47,423 nucleotides of DNA from Polyangiaceae bacterium (GTDB taxonomy: Bacteria > Myxococcota_A > Polyangia > Polyangiales > Polyangiaceae), in NCBI GenBank assembly GCA_035063585.1, contig JAPSGB010000035.1:1-47423 (forward strand), read 5' to 3'. This document shows positions 1 to 8,292 of the stretch, one piece after another (positions within the stretch are counted from its first letter, which is position 1; each line of letters begins with the position of its first letter). The notes under the pieces were generated by a model. The model saw nothing but the letters and a program-made list of their open reading frames with translations, was not told the DNA's origin and did not search any database. The position numbers and the translations under genes were made by a program.

Positions 1-2
1 CC

Positions 3-125
3 ACGCTCAACAACGACCGGCGGCAGCGCCGGAGGTTCACCGCGGAGCAGAAGCTCCGCATCCTGCACGAGGCCGAGCGGTGCACGACGCGCGGCGACGT
101 CGGCGAGCGCTTGCGGCGCGAGGGG
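3..125 (+). mobile_element. IS3-family transposase OrfA-like (HTH) remnant, truncated/degenerate
   Basis: Frame 3 reads RRQRRRFTAEQKLRILHEAERCTTRGDVGERLRREG, matching the RRRFTAExKLRILxEAxxC...G..LRREG N-terminus of IS3-type OrfA proteins. Similarity stops after REG, and the 5' end is outside the window. Confidence 0.7.
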
Positions 126-157
126 CCTCCGCCATGGCCGCCGGGACGTTCCGGGCA

Positions 158-332
158 CAGTACGACGCGCACCGCGCGTCGCCCGGAGGGGTTCGGCTTC
201 GTCGGCGACCGGTCAGGTCGCGTCGGCGGGAGTGACGGTTCTGGAGACGGGGTACGCGGAGCCGAAGGACGCCGTACACGGATGGGGCAAGAGGTCGGCG
301 ACCCGGTCCTTTGGGTGGACCTCACCGGGCTC
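158..332 (+). pseudogene. Possible heavily decayed Rhs-repeat core fragment
   Basis: Collinear motifs across shifting frames: YDA (161, frame 2), FGFVG (192, frame 3), RVGGSD (frame 3), ETG-x4-KD (244, frame 1), GDPVLWVDLTGL (297-332, frame 3). These resemble the Rhs core consensus YDAFG...PFGFAGG...RFGARDYDPETGRWTAKDP...GDPVNxxDPxGL. Confidence 0.4.
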
Positions 333-418
333 TTCGGCTCGACGAGCGGCGTCACCATCGCTCGCCACGCGCGCAGCCGGGCGAGCACCGGGGCGCGTCG
401 CTTTCCCCTCCCCCTGCG

Positions 419-1864
419 TCACTGAAGCGACGAGTCGAGCACGCGGAGGCCGCGCCGCACGTGCGCCGCGCGCCGTGATGGATCGGTGAGCTCGCCCTCG
501 AGCGAGTGGTCGAACGCGCGCGTAATGACGACCTCCACGAGCTCCCCGGTCGGATCGCCCTGGGCCCCGAAATGTACGATCTCGTTCTGCTCCGTCCGGC
601 CCGAGAAGCCGCCCTGCTTCCCCGGTCCCTCGACCAGCACCCACTCGGTCTTTCCGACCAGCCGAGCGAGGTGCTCGCGGCGTAGGCGCTCGCTCACCTC
701 GAAGAGCTCGGCGAGCCGCGCGCTCTTCTCGGCGTCGGGGACGTCATCGGCGAGGCGCCGCGCCGGAGTGTACGGTCGCACCGAGTACATGAAGCCGAAG
801 AGCCCGGTGAAGCCCACCCGGCGGACCAGCTCGACGGTCGCCTCGAAGTCCGCGCGCGTCTCGCCCGGGAAGCCGACGATCACGTCGGTCGACAAGGTGA
901 GCCCGGGGACCTCCGCGCGGAGCGCCGCGACGCGCTCGAAATACTCCGCCGCGCTGTAGCGACGGATCATGCGCCGCAAGATCGTGTCGCTTCCGCTCTG
1001 CACGGGTAGATGCACGTGCCGCATCAGCGCCGGGAGCTCGGCGTGCGCGCGGATCAGGCTCATGGTGAGGTGGCGCGGGTGGGGGCTCGTGTAGCGGAGC
1101 CGCGCGAGGTTCGGGGCACCCTCGACGACCGCTCGGAGCAGCGCCGCGAACTCACTCTCTTCGTCGCTCGCGCGCTCGAACCGGGCGTGCCACGGGGGCT
1201 GTTCACCGGCGCCCGGCGCGGGCGAGAGCTCACCCAGCGGATCGCGGTAGCTGTTCACCGTCTGTCCGAGCAAGGTCACCTCGCGCGCGCCCGCGGCGGC
1301 GAGCCGCGCGACCTCCTCCACGATCTCGCGCGCGGGCCGGTAGCGCTCCGGTCCGCGGGTGTAGGGCACGATGCAGTACGAGCAGCGCTCGTCGCAGCCC
1401 TTCATGACGGTCACGAAGGTGCTCGGCGCCGCGCGACCGGAGATGGGAGCCGCGCGGAGAAACCGCGGAGAGTCGACGTCGAAGACGGTCCGGACCCGAG
1501 GCGGGCCGCCGAGCTCGAGCTCGGCGAGCAACCCAGGTAGCTCCGGGATGTTGTCTGGGCCGAAGACCAGATCGAGCTGCGGCATCCGCTTGATGAGCGC
1601 CTCTCCCTCCTGCTGCGCCACGCAGCCCGCGACGCCGATGAGCAGCGCCGGGTTCTCCCGCTTCAAGAGCCCGAGCCGCCCGACCTCGCTCCGTAGCTTC
1701 TGCTCGGCCTTCTCGCGGACGCTGCAGGTGTTCAGGATGACGAGCTCGGCGTCGCGGGGCTCCTTCACGGGCGTGTAGCCGACGCCGTGCAGCGCCTCCG
1801 CGATCCGGTCCGAGTCGTGCTGGTTCATCTGGCAGCCGAAGGTGACCAAGGCGTAGCGCGGCAT
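419..1864 (-). CDS. miaB: tRNA (N6-isopentenyl adenosine(37)-C2)-methylthiotransferase MiaB
   Basis: N-terminal TFGCQMNQHDS, NTCSVREKAE and GCVAQ; radical-SAM CxxxCxxC (GCDERCSYCIVPYTRGPE); HLPVQSGSD; C-terminal TRAM-like domain. Start reassigned to ATG at 1864 (MPRYALV). Confidence 0.95.
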   Translation of the reverse strand: MPRYALVTFGCQMNQHDSDRIAEALHGVGYTPVKEPRDAELVILNTCSVREKAEQKLRSEVGRLGLLKRENPALLIGVAGCVAQQEGEALIKRMPQLDLVFGPDNIPELPGLLAELELGGPPRVRTVFDVDSPRFLRAAPISGRAAPSTFVTVMKGCDERCSYCIVPYTRGPERYRPAREIVEEVARLAAAGAREVTLLGQTVNSYRDPLGELSPAPGAGEQPPWHARFERASDEESEFAALLRAVVEGAPNLARLRYTSPHPRHLTMSLIRAHAELPALMRHVHLPVQSGSDTILRRMIRRYSAAEYFERVAALRAEVPGLTLSTDVIVGFPGETRADFEATVELVRRVGFTGLFGFMYSVRPYTPARRLADDVPDAEKSARLAELFEVSERLRREHLARLVGKTEWVLVEGPGKQGGFSGRTEQNEIVHFGAQGDPTGELVEVVITRAFDHSLEGELTDPSRRAAHVRRGLRVLDSSLQ

Positions 1865-1949
1865 GGGGCGCCTCGGGCATAGCACGGACTCGGGGGCCCG
1901 CCGCCGGCGGCCCCCGGGGTTCCGCGCCGGGCCGGCATCCCGACCGAGA

Positions 1950-1978
1950 TTGACGTGCCCGTGGAATTTCCCTATGTT
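1950..1978 (+). promoter_or_regulatory. Putative sigma70-type promoter for the acyl-CoA ligase gene
   Basis: TTGACG (1950-1955), 17-nt spacer, TATGTT (1973-1978), about 60 nt upstream of a GGAGG RBS and ATG 2040. Confidence 0.55.
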
Positions 1979-2039
1979 CCGCGCGCTTTTCGCCCGCTCG
2001 GGTGGGGCGCGAGCAAACCGTCGAAGCGTCGGAGGAGCC

Positions 2040-3803
2040 ATGTCGGAAGCGTTCACGAACCTGGTAGAGCTGTGTGATCGAAGCTGTGAGAAGCACGCCG
2101 AGCGGGAGCTCTTCGGCACCAAGCACGGCAGCCAGTGGAAGTGGCTCAGCTACGGCGACTTCAAGACGCAGGTCGACCAGTTTCGCGGCGCGCTCGCCGC
2201 GCTCGGCGTCGGCGCCGGCGACAAGGTCGGGATCATCGCCAATAACCGCGTCGAGTGGGCGGTCGCGGCGTACGCGACCTACGGGCTCGGCGCCGCGTTC
2301 GTGCCGATGTACGAGGCGCAGCTCCCGAAGGAGTGGAAGTTCATCCTCGAGGACTGCACCGCAAAGATCTGCATCGGCGCGACCCCGGCGATCTACGCGA
2401 AGCTGAAGGAGCTCGCGGCCGAGCTCCCCGCGCTCGAGCACGTCATCGGCCTCGAGCTCGACGAGAGTGAGCCGGAATCATATCGGGCCCTGCTCGCCCG
2501 GGGCGAGCGGAACCCCGTCCCGGCAAAGCAGCCGAGCTCCGGGGACACCGCCGGCTTCATCTACACCTCGGGCACCACGGGCAACCCGAAGGGCGTGATC
2601 CTGAGCCACGGCAACATCACCTCGAACATCAACGCGGTGCACACCATCTTCACCTTCGACTCGAACGATCGTTCGCTCTCGTTCTTGCCGTGGGCGCACT
2701 CGTTCGGCCAGACCTGCGAGCTCCACGCGCTGCTCAGCATGGGCTGCTCGATGGCCATCAACGACGACGTCGCGAACCTGGTAGGTAACCTCGCCGACGT
2801 CCGCCCGACCATCCTTTTTGCCGTGCCGCGCATCTTCAACCGGATCTACGACGGCGTGAACAAGCAGATGGCGGAGAAGCCCGGCGTCATCCAGAACCTC
2901 TTCAGGAGCGGCATCGCGACCGCGACCCGCAAGAGCGCCGGCGGCAGCGGGGGCGTCCTCGCGGGGATGGGGCTCGCCCTGGCGGACAAGCTCATCTTCT
3001 CCAAGATCCGTCTGAAGTTCGGCGGCCGGCTGCGCTACGCGATCAGCGGGAGCGCAGCGCTCTCGAAGGAGGTCGCGGAGTTCATCGACGCTCTCGGGAT
3101 CGAGGTCTACGAGGGTTACGGGCTCACCGAGACGAGCCCGATCGCCACCGCCAATTACCCGGGCCACCGCAAGATCGGCAGCGTGGGCAAGGCCATCCCC
3201 GAGGTGACCATCAAGATCGACAAGGCTGCCACCGGGGACGACAAGCACGGCGAGATCGTGATCTACGGCCCCAACATCATGCAGGGCTATCACAACCGCC
3301 CCGACGAGAACGAGAAGGTCCTCCTGCCGGACGGCGGCTTCCGCAGCGGCGACATGGGCTATCTCGACGCCGACGGCTACCTCTACATCACGGGCCGTAT
3401 CAAGGAGCAGTATAAGCTCGAGAACGGGAAGTACGTGGTCCCCGCGCCGCTCGAAGAAGAGCTCAAGCTCTCTCCCTACATCGCCAACGTCATGATCCAC
3501 GGCGCGAACAAGCCGTACAACGTCGCGCTCGTGGTGCTCGACGCCGAGTCCGTGAAGAAGTGGGGTACCGACAACACCATCGACATCGGCGCCGACCTGG
3601 CCGCGAGCGGCAAGGTCCGCGAGCTCATCAAGCAGGAGCTCGAGACGCGGAGCAAGGGCTTCAAGGGCTTCGAGCGGCCGCAGAAGTTCATGCTCGTCAC
3701 CGAGGACTTCACCACCGACAACGGCATGCTCACGCCGACCCTGAAGCTCAAGCGGCGCAACGTGCTCGCCAAGTACGAGGCCGACCTGGATCGGCTGTAC
3801 TGA
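2040..3803 (+). CDS. Long-chain-fatty-acid--CoA ligase (AMP-dependent synthetase, FadD15/ACSL-like)
   Basis: YTSGTTGNPKG P-loop, EGYGLTETSP, FRSGDMG, ITGRIKE, LTPTLKLKR; GGAGG RBS before ATG 2040. Confidence 0.92.
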   Translation: MSEAFTNLVELCDRSCEKHAERELFGTKHGSQWKWLSYGDFKTQVDQFRGALAALGVGAGDKVGIIANNRVEWAVAAYATYGLGAAFVPMYEAQLPKEWKFILEDCTAKICIGATPAIYAKLKELAAELPALEHVIGLELDESEPESYRALLARGERNPVPAKQPSSGDTAGFIYTSGTTGNPKGVILSHGNITSNINAVHTIFTFDSNDRSLSFLPWAHSFGQTCELHALLSMGCSMAINDDVANLVGNLADVRPTILFAVPRIFNRIYDGVNKQMAEKPGVIQNLFRSGIATATRKSAGGSGGVLAGMGLALADKLIFSKIRLKFGGRLRYAISGSAALSKEVAEFIDALGIEVYEGYGLTETSPIATANYPGHRKIGSVGKAIPEVTIKIDKAATGDDKHGEIVIYGPNIMQGYHNRPDENEKVLLPDGGFRSGDMGYLDADGYLYITGRIKEQYKLENGKYVVPAPLEEELKLSPYIANVMIHGANKPYNVALVVLDAESVKKWGTDNTIDIGADLAASGKVRELIKQELETRSKGFKGFERPQKFMLVTEDFTTDNGMLTPTLKLKRRNVLAKYEADLDRLY

Positions 3804-3838
3804 GGCGTCGCCCGAGCGGCGCGCTCGGGCCTTGGAGC

Positions 3839-5542
3839 TCAGCGGAGCGTGAGGACGGTCGAGCTCACCGAGAGGGCCGCGATGAAGTGGGCGCGCGTGA
3901 GCAAGCTCTCACGGACCCGCAGGATCCCGCCGGGGAGATCCGCGAACGGGGTGTAGAAGCCGGTGACGGTACCGGTGGCTCGCCCCGATGCGTCCCGCAG
4001 CTCGACCGAGCGCTCCTCGCCTTGCTCCACCGAGTCGGTGTCCTCGGGCGGAGCCCACTGCATGGTGCCGTCCGGCTCGATCACCGCTACCCGAAACCGA
4101 CCGGGCGCGCGCAGCGGCTCCGAGCTCGGGAGCTCATAGGCGCTCGCGTTGATGAACGCCATGCGGCCCTGGATCCCCCGATACGTGTAGTCGCTCACCC
4201 AGCTCGGTGAGCAGTAGCCGAGCACGTCGGTGTGCTTCGCCGGATCCTTGAGGGCGTGGGCGACGAGATCGTAGCCCCAGCTCCCGATGGCCGCGCCCGG
4301 GTACGGGTAGGCGCCGTCTACGCCTTGCAGCTGCGCGCCCGGCGGCGAGCACGGCGCGTGGTTACGCCCGAGCGCGTGGCCGAGCTCGTGCACCAGGGTG
4401 GTCGTCGCGCCGCCCGTCGAGTACATGCTCGGCCCACCCGAGCCGTCAGGGAAGTAGCCGAGCCCGATGGCCGCGCGGCCGCGCGTGTCGTTCGCGCTCG
4501 GCACCGAGCCGAGCCCGGCGACGCAGCCGCCCCCGCAGAAGGCGTTGATGGAGTTTGCCGGCGCGAGCATCCCGTAGAGAAACGTCTTCTTGTCGACCCC
4601 CAGGCTGGCGCGGAGCCCCGACAGCCAATTCAGGGTCTGCCCCCAACCACTGCCGTTCGCGCTCAGCGCATACGGGCTATTCTGAGCCGGGCCGACCTCG
4701 AGCGAGACGCTGGCCACCGGGTACATTCCGAAGAGCGCGTCGTGGAGCGCCTGGAGGTGCGCCGGGCTGGTGTCCGGGCTGAAACCGCCCACCGTGACGG
4801 GGATCGCGAGCACCTTGAAGGGGCCGTTCACGGTGACCGCGCCGAGCGCGGCGGTGCCGCTCGCCGGCCAGCGCGCGCCGTCGGTCGCGCCGCCGCTCGC
4901 CGCGCCGCCCGCCTCCTCGAGGCTCACGCTGAACGCGGCGTCGCCGGTGAGCTGCTCGGCGGGGACGTCGAAATTGAAGGAGCTCCCGAGGCTAGCATCG
5001 CTCGAAGGGCCGGAGACGTCGTGGCTCACGGTCTGGTCCGCCTGCCCGGCGACGCTGAGCCGCGCGACGAGGGGACGAGCCTGAAAGCCAGCGTCCGGCG
5101 TCACGAAGACGCGGAGGAAGGCGGGGCGGCCCTGGACCACGGGCGCGTTTCGGTTCGTCACCGCGACGCCGCCGCTCATGATCGGGATCTTGACCGCTTG
5201 GTTCAGCGAGATCTCGGTGATGCGTACTCCAGCCGCCAGGCTCCCGACCGGCGCCACTCCGCCGCCGCCACCGCTCCCGGTGCTCGCCCCGCCGCTCCCG
5301 GCGCTCGCCCCACCGCTCCCGGCGCCGCAGGCATTGGCGCAGACCGCGGTCTGGCCGGTCGAGCACGCGCACTTGGCGAAGCAGCTCGCGCAACCGCCGC
5401 AGTCCGGGTTGGTCGTGCAGCCGGCTCCGCCGAAGTTCCCGGCCGACCCACCGCTGCCGCCGCGGTCGAGATCGTTCGACGTAGCCGCGCTGCAGCCGAC
5501 GAGGGCCCCCGAGAGAGCGAGGAGCGCAAACCAGCGATGCAT
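3839..5542 (-). CDS. Lipoprotein zinc metallopeptidase (metzincin, M66-like) with N-terminal Cys-rich and Gly/Ser-rich segments
   Basis: Lipobox LVGC after a hydrophobic leader (start ATG 5542, MHRWFALL); zinc motif HELGHALGRNH (HExxHxxGxxH); downstream IGSWGYD...DVLGYC...WVSDYTY. Confidence 0.75.
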   Translation of the reverse strand: MHRWFALLALSGALVGCSAATSNDLDRGGSGGSAGNFGGAGCTTNPDCGGCASCFAKCACSTGQTAVCANACGAGSGGASAGSGGASTGSGGGGGVAPVGSLAAGVRITEISLNQAVKIPIMSGGVAVTNRNAPVVQGRPAFLRVFVTPDAGFQARPLVARLSVAGQADQTVSHDVSGPSSDASLGSSFNFDVPAEQLTGDAAFSVSLEEAGGAASGGATDGARWPASGTAALGAVTVNGPFKVLAIPVTVGGFSPDTSPAHLQALHDALFGMYPVASVSLEVGPAQNSPYALSANGSGWGQTLNWLSGLRASLGVDKKTFLYGMLAPANSINAFCGGGCVAGLGSVPSANDTRGRAAIGLGYFPDGSGGPSMYSTGGATTTLVHELGHALGRNHAPCSPPGAQLQGVDGAYPYPGAAIGSWGYDLVAHALKDPAKHTDVLGYCSPSWVSDYTYRGIQGRMAFINASAYELPSSEPLRAPGRFRVAVIEPDGTMQWAPPEDTDSVEQGEERSVELRDASGRATGTVTGFYTPFADLPGGILRVRESLLTRAHFIAALSVSSTVLTLR

Positions 5543-5656
5543 CGTTCGAGACCTTTCGTTCGCGGAGGCGGCGGCGCCCGCACGCGATGACCTGCGACAT
5601 AGTGTTGTATGCCGCTCGCGCACGACAACCGCGCCGCGATAAAAATCGACCTCGAT

Positions 5657-7033
5657 CTAGCGGGCGCGGAAATTTCTCACGCTGGTGCCGCGCGCGACGA
5701 CGTTTCGAGGCTCGGGCGCGCGAGGGAGCCCCGCGAGCGCGTTCATGCGCTGCCAGTAGAGGCGTCTCGGACTCACGCCTGGCCAGCCAGGCATCCGAGC
5801 GAGCGCCCGCTCGTCGAGCGCCGCCGCGGCCGAGAAGGCCCGTTCGCTCGCGACTCGCCGCGCGCCGGCGCTCGCCGGACCGAGCGCGACGGCCTCGGCC
5901 ACGAGCCGCGCCTCGAGCGCGTCGCGCTCACTCGCGAACCCGGCGAGAAATCGCGGGAGATCGGCCTCGGCCGCGCGGTGCATCCGCTCGTGCCGCCACC
6001 AGAGCGCGCCCGCGTCGAACCCGTCGCCGGGAGCGCGGCCGAGCTCGGGGAGCCCGGCGTCGAGCCAGAGCGGCTTGAACACGCTCGTGCATGGCGCGGC
6101 GGTCCCGGTCGCGAAATGGACCGAGCGGCTCGAGCCGAGCAGGCTCACGAGCGAGGCCGTCGTCTGGCCAGCGCGCCGCGTCGGCCACCACGAGGCGTGC
6201 GCGCACACGGTCATGAGCGGCGCGCCGGCAGCGCGCCCGGCGCGGTCGCCGTCCCCGTGTCGACGAAGCGCGCGCATCGCCGTGAGCGGCGTGATGCGCC
6301 CCTCCTCCGCGCGGAGCGCGCGCTCGCTGCAGCCGCGGCGGCGCGCCGCCGCCGCAGCCCAGGTGATGGGGCGGTTCGAGAAGGTGCGCGCGAAGTCGAG
6401 CGCTCCGCGGCCGCGGTATAGCCCGAGATCTCGCGCGTACGCCGCGAGGTGTCGCGACTCGCGGTCGCGCCGCTCGCCGATGGTGAGCCCGTTGCTGATG
6501 GCGCGCACCCCGCGCACGCGCGCCGCCACCCACGCGCGCCCGGCCGTCTCGAGCACCCACGCCTCCTCGGGGTCCGCCAAGATGAAGCTGTTATCGTAGC
6601 GCATGCGCTCGTCGCGATGCCCGGCGACCCCGCCTTGCCCGTGCTCCTCGAGCAGCGCGCCGATGACCTCGACCGCCGCGCGCGCGGTCGCGGCGCGCTC
6701 GAGCCCGAGCCGCACGAGGTCCATCCCGAGCAGCCCGCTCTCGGCGACCGGCGCCCGGGTGAACACCGCTTCGTTGCCGATGACGACGCCGTGCTCGTTC
6801 GCGCCCATCTCCGCGCCCCACATCCAGTGCGGCCGGCTGAGGAGCACGCGCGCCGTCCGCGAGACCTGCGGGATCTCGAGGTAGGTGCAGCGGAGCCGAG
6901 CCTCGGGTTCGTGCACGCGCGCCGGCTCGAGCTCGAGCGCCTGCGCCTCGTTCGGCTCCCGATCGCTGTTCTTCCCGAAGATCACGCCGCCCGCGGCGGT
7001 CGCCTCGTGCGTCGCGACGAACGTGTCGCACAT
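5657..7033 (-). CDS. C69-family dipeptidase / secernin-like Ntn hydrolase
   Basis: Starts MCDTFV (nucleophile Cys2); FGKNSDREPNEAQ, WMWGAEMGANEHGVVIGNEA, LLGMDLVRLGLERA, YDNSFILAD. Confidence 0.9.
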   Translation of the reverse strand: MCDTFVATHEATAAGGVIFGKNSDREPNEAQALELEPARVHEPEARLRCTYLEIPQVSRTARVLLSRPHWMWGAEMGANEHGVVIGNEAVFTRAPVAESGLLGMDLVRLGLERAATARAAVEVIGALLEEHGQGGVAGHRDERMRYDNSFILADPEEAWVLETAGRAWVAARVRGVRAISNGLTIGERRDRESRHLAAYARDLGLYRGRGALDFARTFSNRPITWAAAAARRRGCSERALRAEEGRITPLTAMRALRRHGDGDRAGRAAGAPLMTVCAHASWWPTRRAGQTTASLVSLLGSSRSVHFATGTAAPCTSVFKPLWLDAGLPELGRAPGDGFDAGALWWRHERMHRAAEADLPRFLAGFASERDALEARLVAEAVALGPASAGARRVASERAFSAAAALDERALARMPGWPGVSPRRLYWQRMNALAGLPRAPEPRNVVARGTSVRNFRAR

Positions 7034-7086
7034 GCCTCTCTCATACCCTCCGGCGCGAGCGGGCGCGAGCGGGCGCGAGCCGTTCC

Positions 7087-7114
7087 TTGACAAGCCCGAC
7101 GGGTGGCGAAGACT
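7087..7114 (+). promoter_or_regulatory. Putative promoter upstream of the moeB-like gene
   Basis: Perfect TTGACA at 7087-7092 and a weak -10-like AAGACT at 7109-7114 (16-nt spacer), in the divergent intergenic gap. Confidence 0.3.
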
Positions 7115-7151
7115 CCCGAGCGAGCGCCGGCGTCCGGCGCTCGCGAGAGAC

Positions 7152-7931
7152 ATGCTGCGAGGATCAGAAACCTCCTCGGGCGCCGCGCCGGCGGATCGTG
7201 AACGGCTCCGGCGCGCGAGCGCGCTCGTCATTGGGGCCGGAGGGCTCGGCTGTCCGGCGGCGCTCGCGCTGGTCCGCGCAGGCGTCGGGCGAGTCGTGCT
7301 CGCCGATGACGACCAGGTGGAGCTCACCAATCTCCACCGTCAGATCCTCTTCTCGGATGACGACGTCGGGGCGGACAAGCTCGACGCCGCGGCGCGCGCG
7401 CTCGACCGCGAGCGGACCGAGGAGCAGCGCATCGAGCTCGTGCGCTCGCGGTTCTTGCCGGAGAACGCCCGGGCGCTCGCGCGCGACGCCGACATCGTGC
7501 TCGAGGGCGCGGACAACTTCGCGACCAAGTTCCTCGCGGCCGATGCCTGCGCGCTCGAGCATCGGCCGGTGGTGCACGGCGCTGGGATCCGCTGGCTCGC
7601 GACGGCGCTGTCGGTCGCGCCGGGAGGCCGCCCTTGCTATCGCTGCCTCTTCGAGGATCTCCCGGGAGGCGACGCGGCTCCCAACTGCGCCACCGCCGGG
7701 GTGATGGGCCCCGTGGTGGGCTTCGCCGGCGCGCTGATGGCCGATCTGGCGCTCTCGTGGCTCACCGGAGACGACACGCGCGCGGGGCGCATCTTCACCT
7801 TCGACGGCTGGCGCGAGCGCCTGCGCGAAGTCCCGATCACGCCGCGCGCCGACTGCGCGCTCTGCGGTCCGCGCCCGCGCATCACGCGCCTCGACGAGGC
7901 CCTCTATCTCGGGGACGAGTGCCGCGCATGA
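7152..7931 (+). CDS. MoeB/ThiF/HesA-family E1-like adenylyltransferase lacking the N-terminal RYSRQ segment
   Basis: VIGAGGLGCP nucleotide-binding loop, DDQVELTNLHRQ, ADNF, Zn pairs CYRC and CALC, crossover-loop Cys in PNCATAGV. Upstream in-frame sequence overlaps the divergent C69 gene and has no RYxRQ. Confidence 0.9.
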   Translation: MLRGSETSSGAAPADRERLRRASALVIGAGGLGCPAALALVRAGVGRVVLADDDQVELTNLHRQILFSDDDVGADKLDAAARALDRERTEEQRIELVRSRFLPENARALARDADIVLEGADNFATKFLAADACALEHRPVVHGAGIRWLATALSVAPGGRPCYRCLFEDLPGGDAAPNCATAGVMGPVVGFAGALMADLALSWLTGDDTRAGRIFTFDGWRERLREVPITPRADCALCGPRPRITRLDEALYLGDECRA

Positions 7932-8215
7932 GCGTTCCGCCGAAGCCCGATCCACGCTACTCGCGCCAGGCTCGCCTCGCCGAGGTCGGCAGCGCCGGCC
8001 AGGCTCGTATCGAGCGGACCCGCTTCGTCGCGTCGAGCCCGGGCGAAGCGGACTACCTGCGGCGCGCCGGCGCGAGCCGGGTGGAGCTTCGCGACGGCGC
8101 CGCCATCACCCCGGGACCGGCGGCCGGGCTGCGCTTCGCGACCACGCGCGCGCTCGCCGGCGACGCGCTCCGCGCGCTCGCGGCGCTCCGTGAAGCGCTC
8201 CGCGCGCCGGACTGA
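7928..8215 (+). CDS. Small (95 aa) degenerate E1/MoeB paralogue, putative inactive adenylation subunit
   Basis: ATGA overlap with the moeB stop. Contains RYSRQARLAEVGSAGQARI and YLRRAGASRVELRD, but no GxGxxG, no CxxC and no Cys at all. Confidence 0.75.
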   Translation: MSVPPKPDPRYSRQARLAEVGSAGQARIERTRFVASSPGEADYLRRAGASRVELRDGAAITPGPAAGLRFATTRALAGDALRALAALREALRAPD

Positions 8216-8292
8216 CGTCACCTCGGATGCCATTTCGGCGCGCGGGAGTTTTGGCGCGGCGAGCGGCGCCGAGCTGAGGCAGACTGCCGCTC

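Noticed and set aside
7634..8215. Treating the small E1-like ORF as a 193-aa protein or as a frameshifted piece of moeB
   Set aside because: The upstream extension is out-of-frame overlap with moeB. The small ORF resembles the N-terminus of MoeB yet lies downstream, so a simple frameshift cannot join them.
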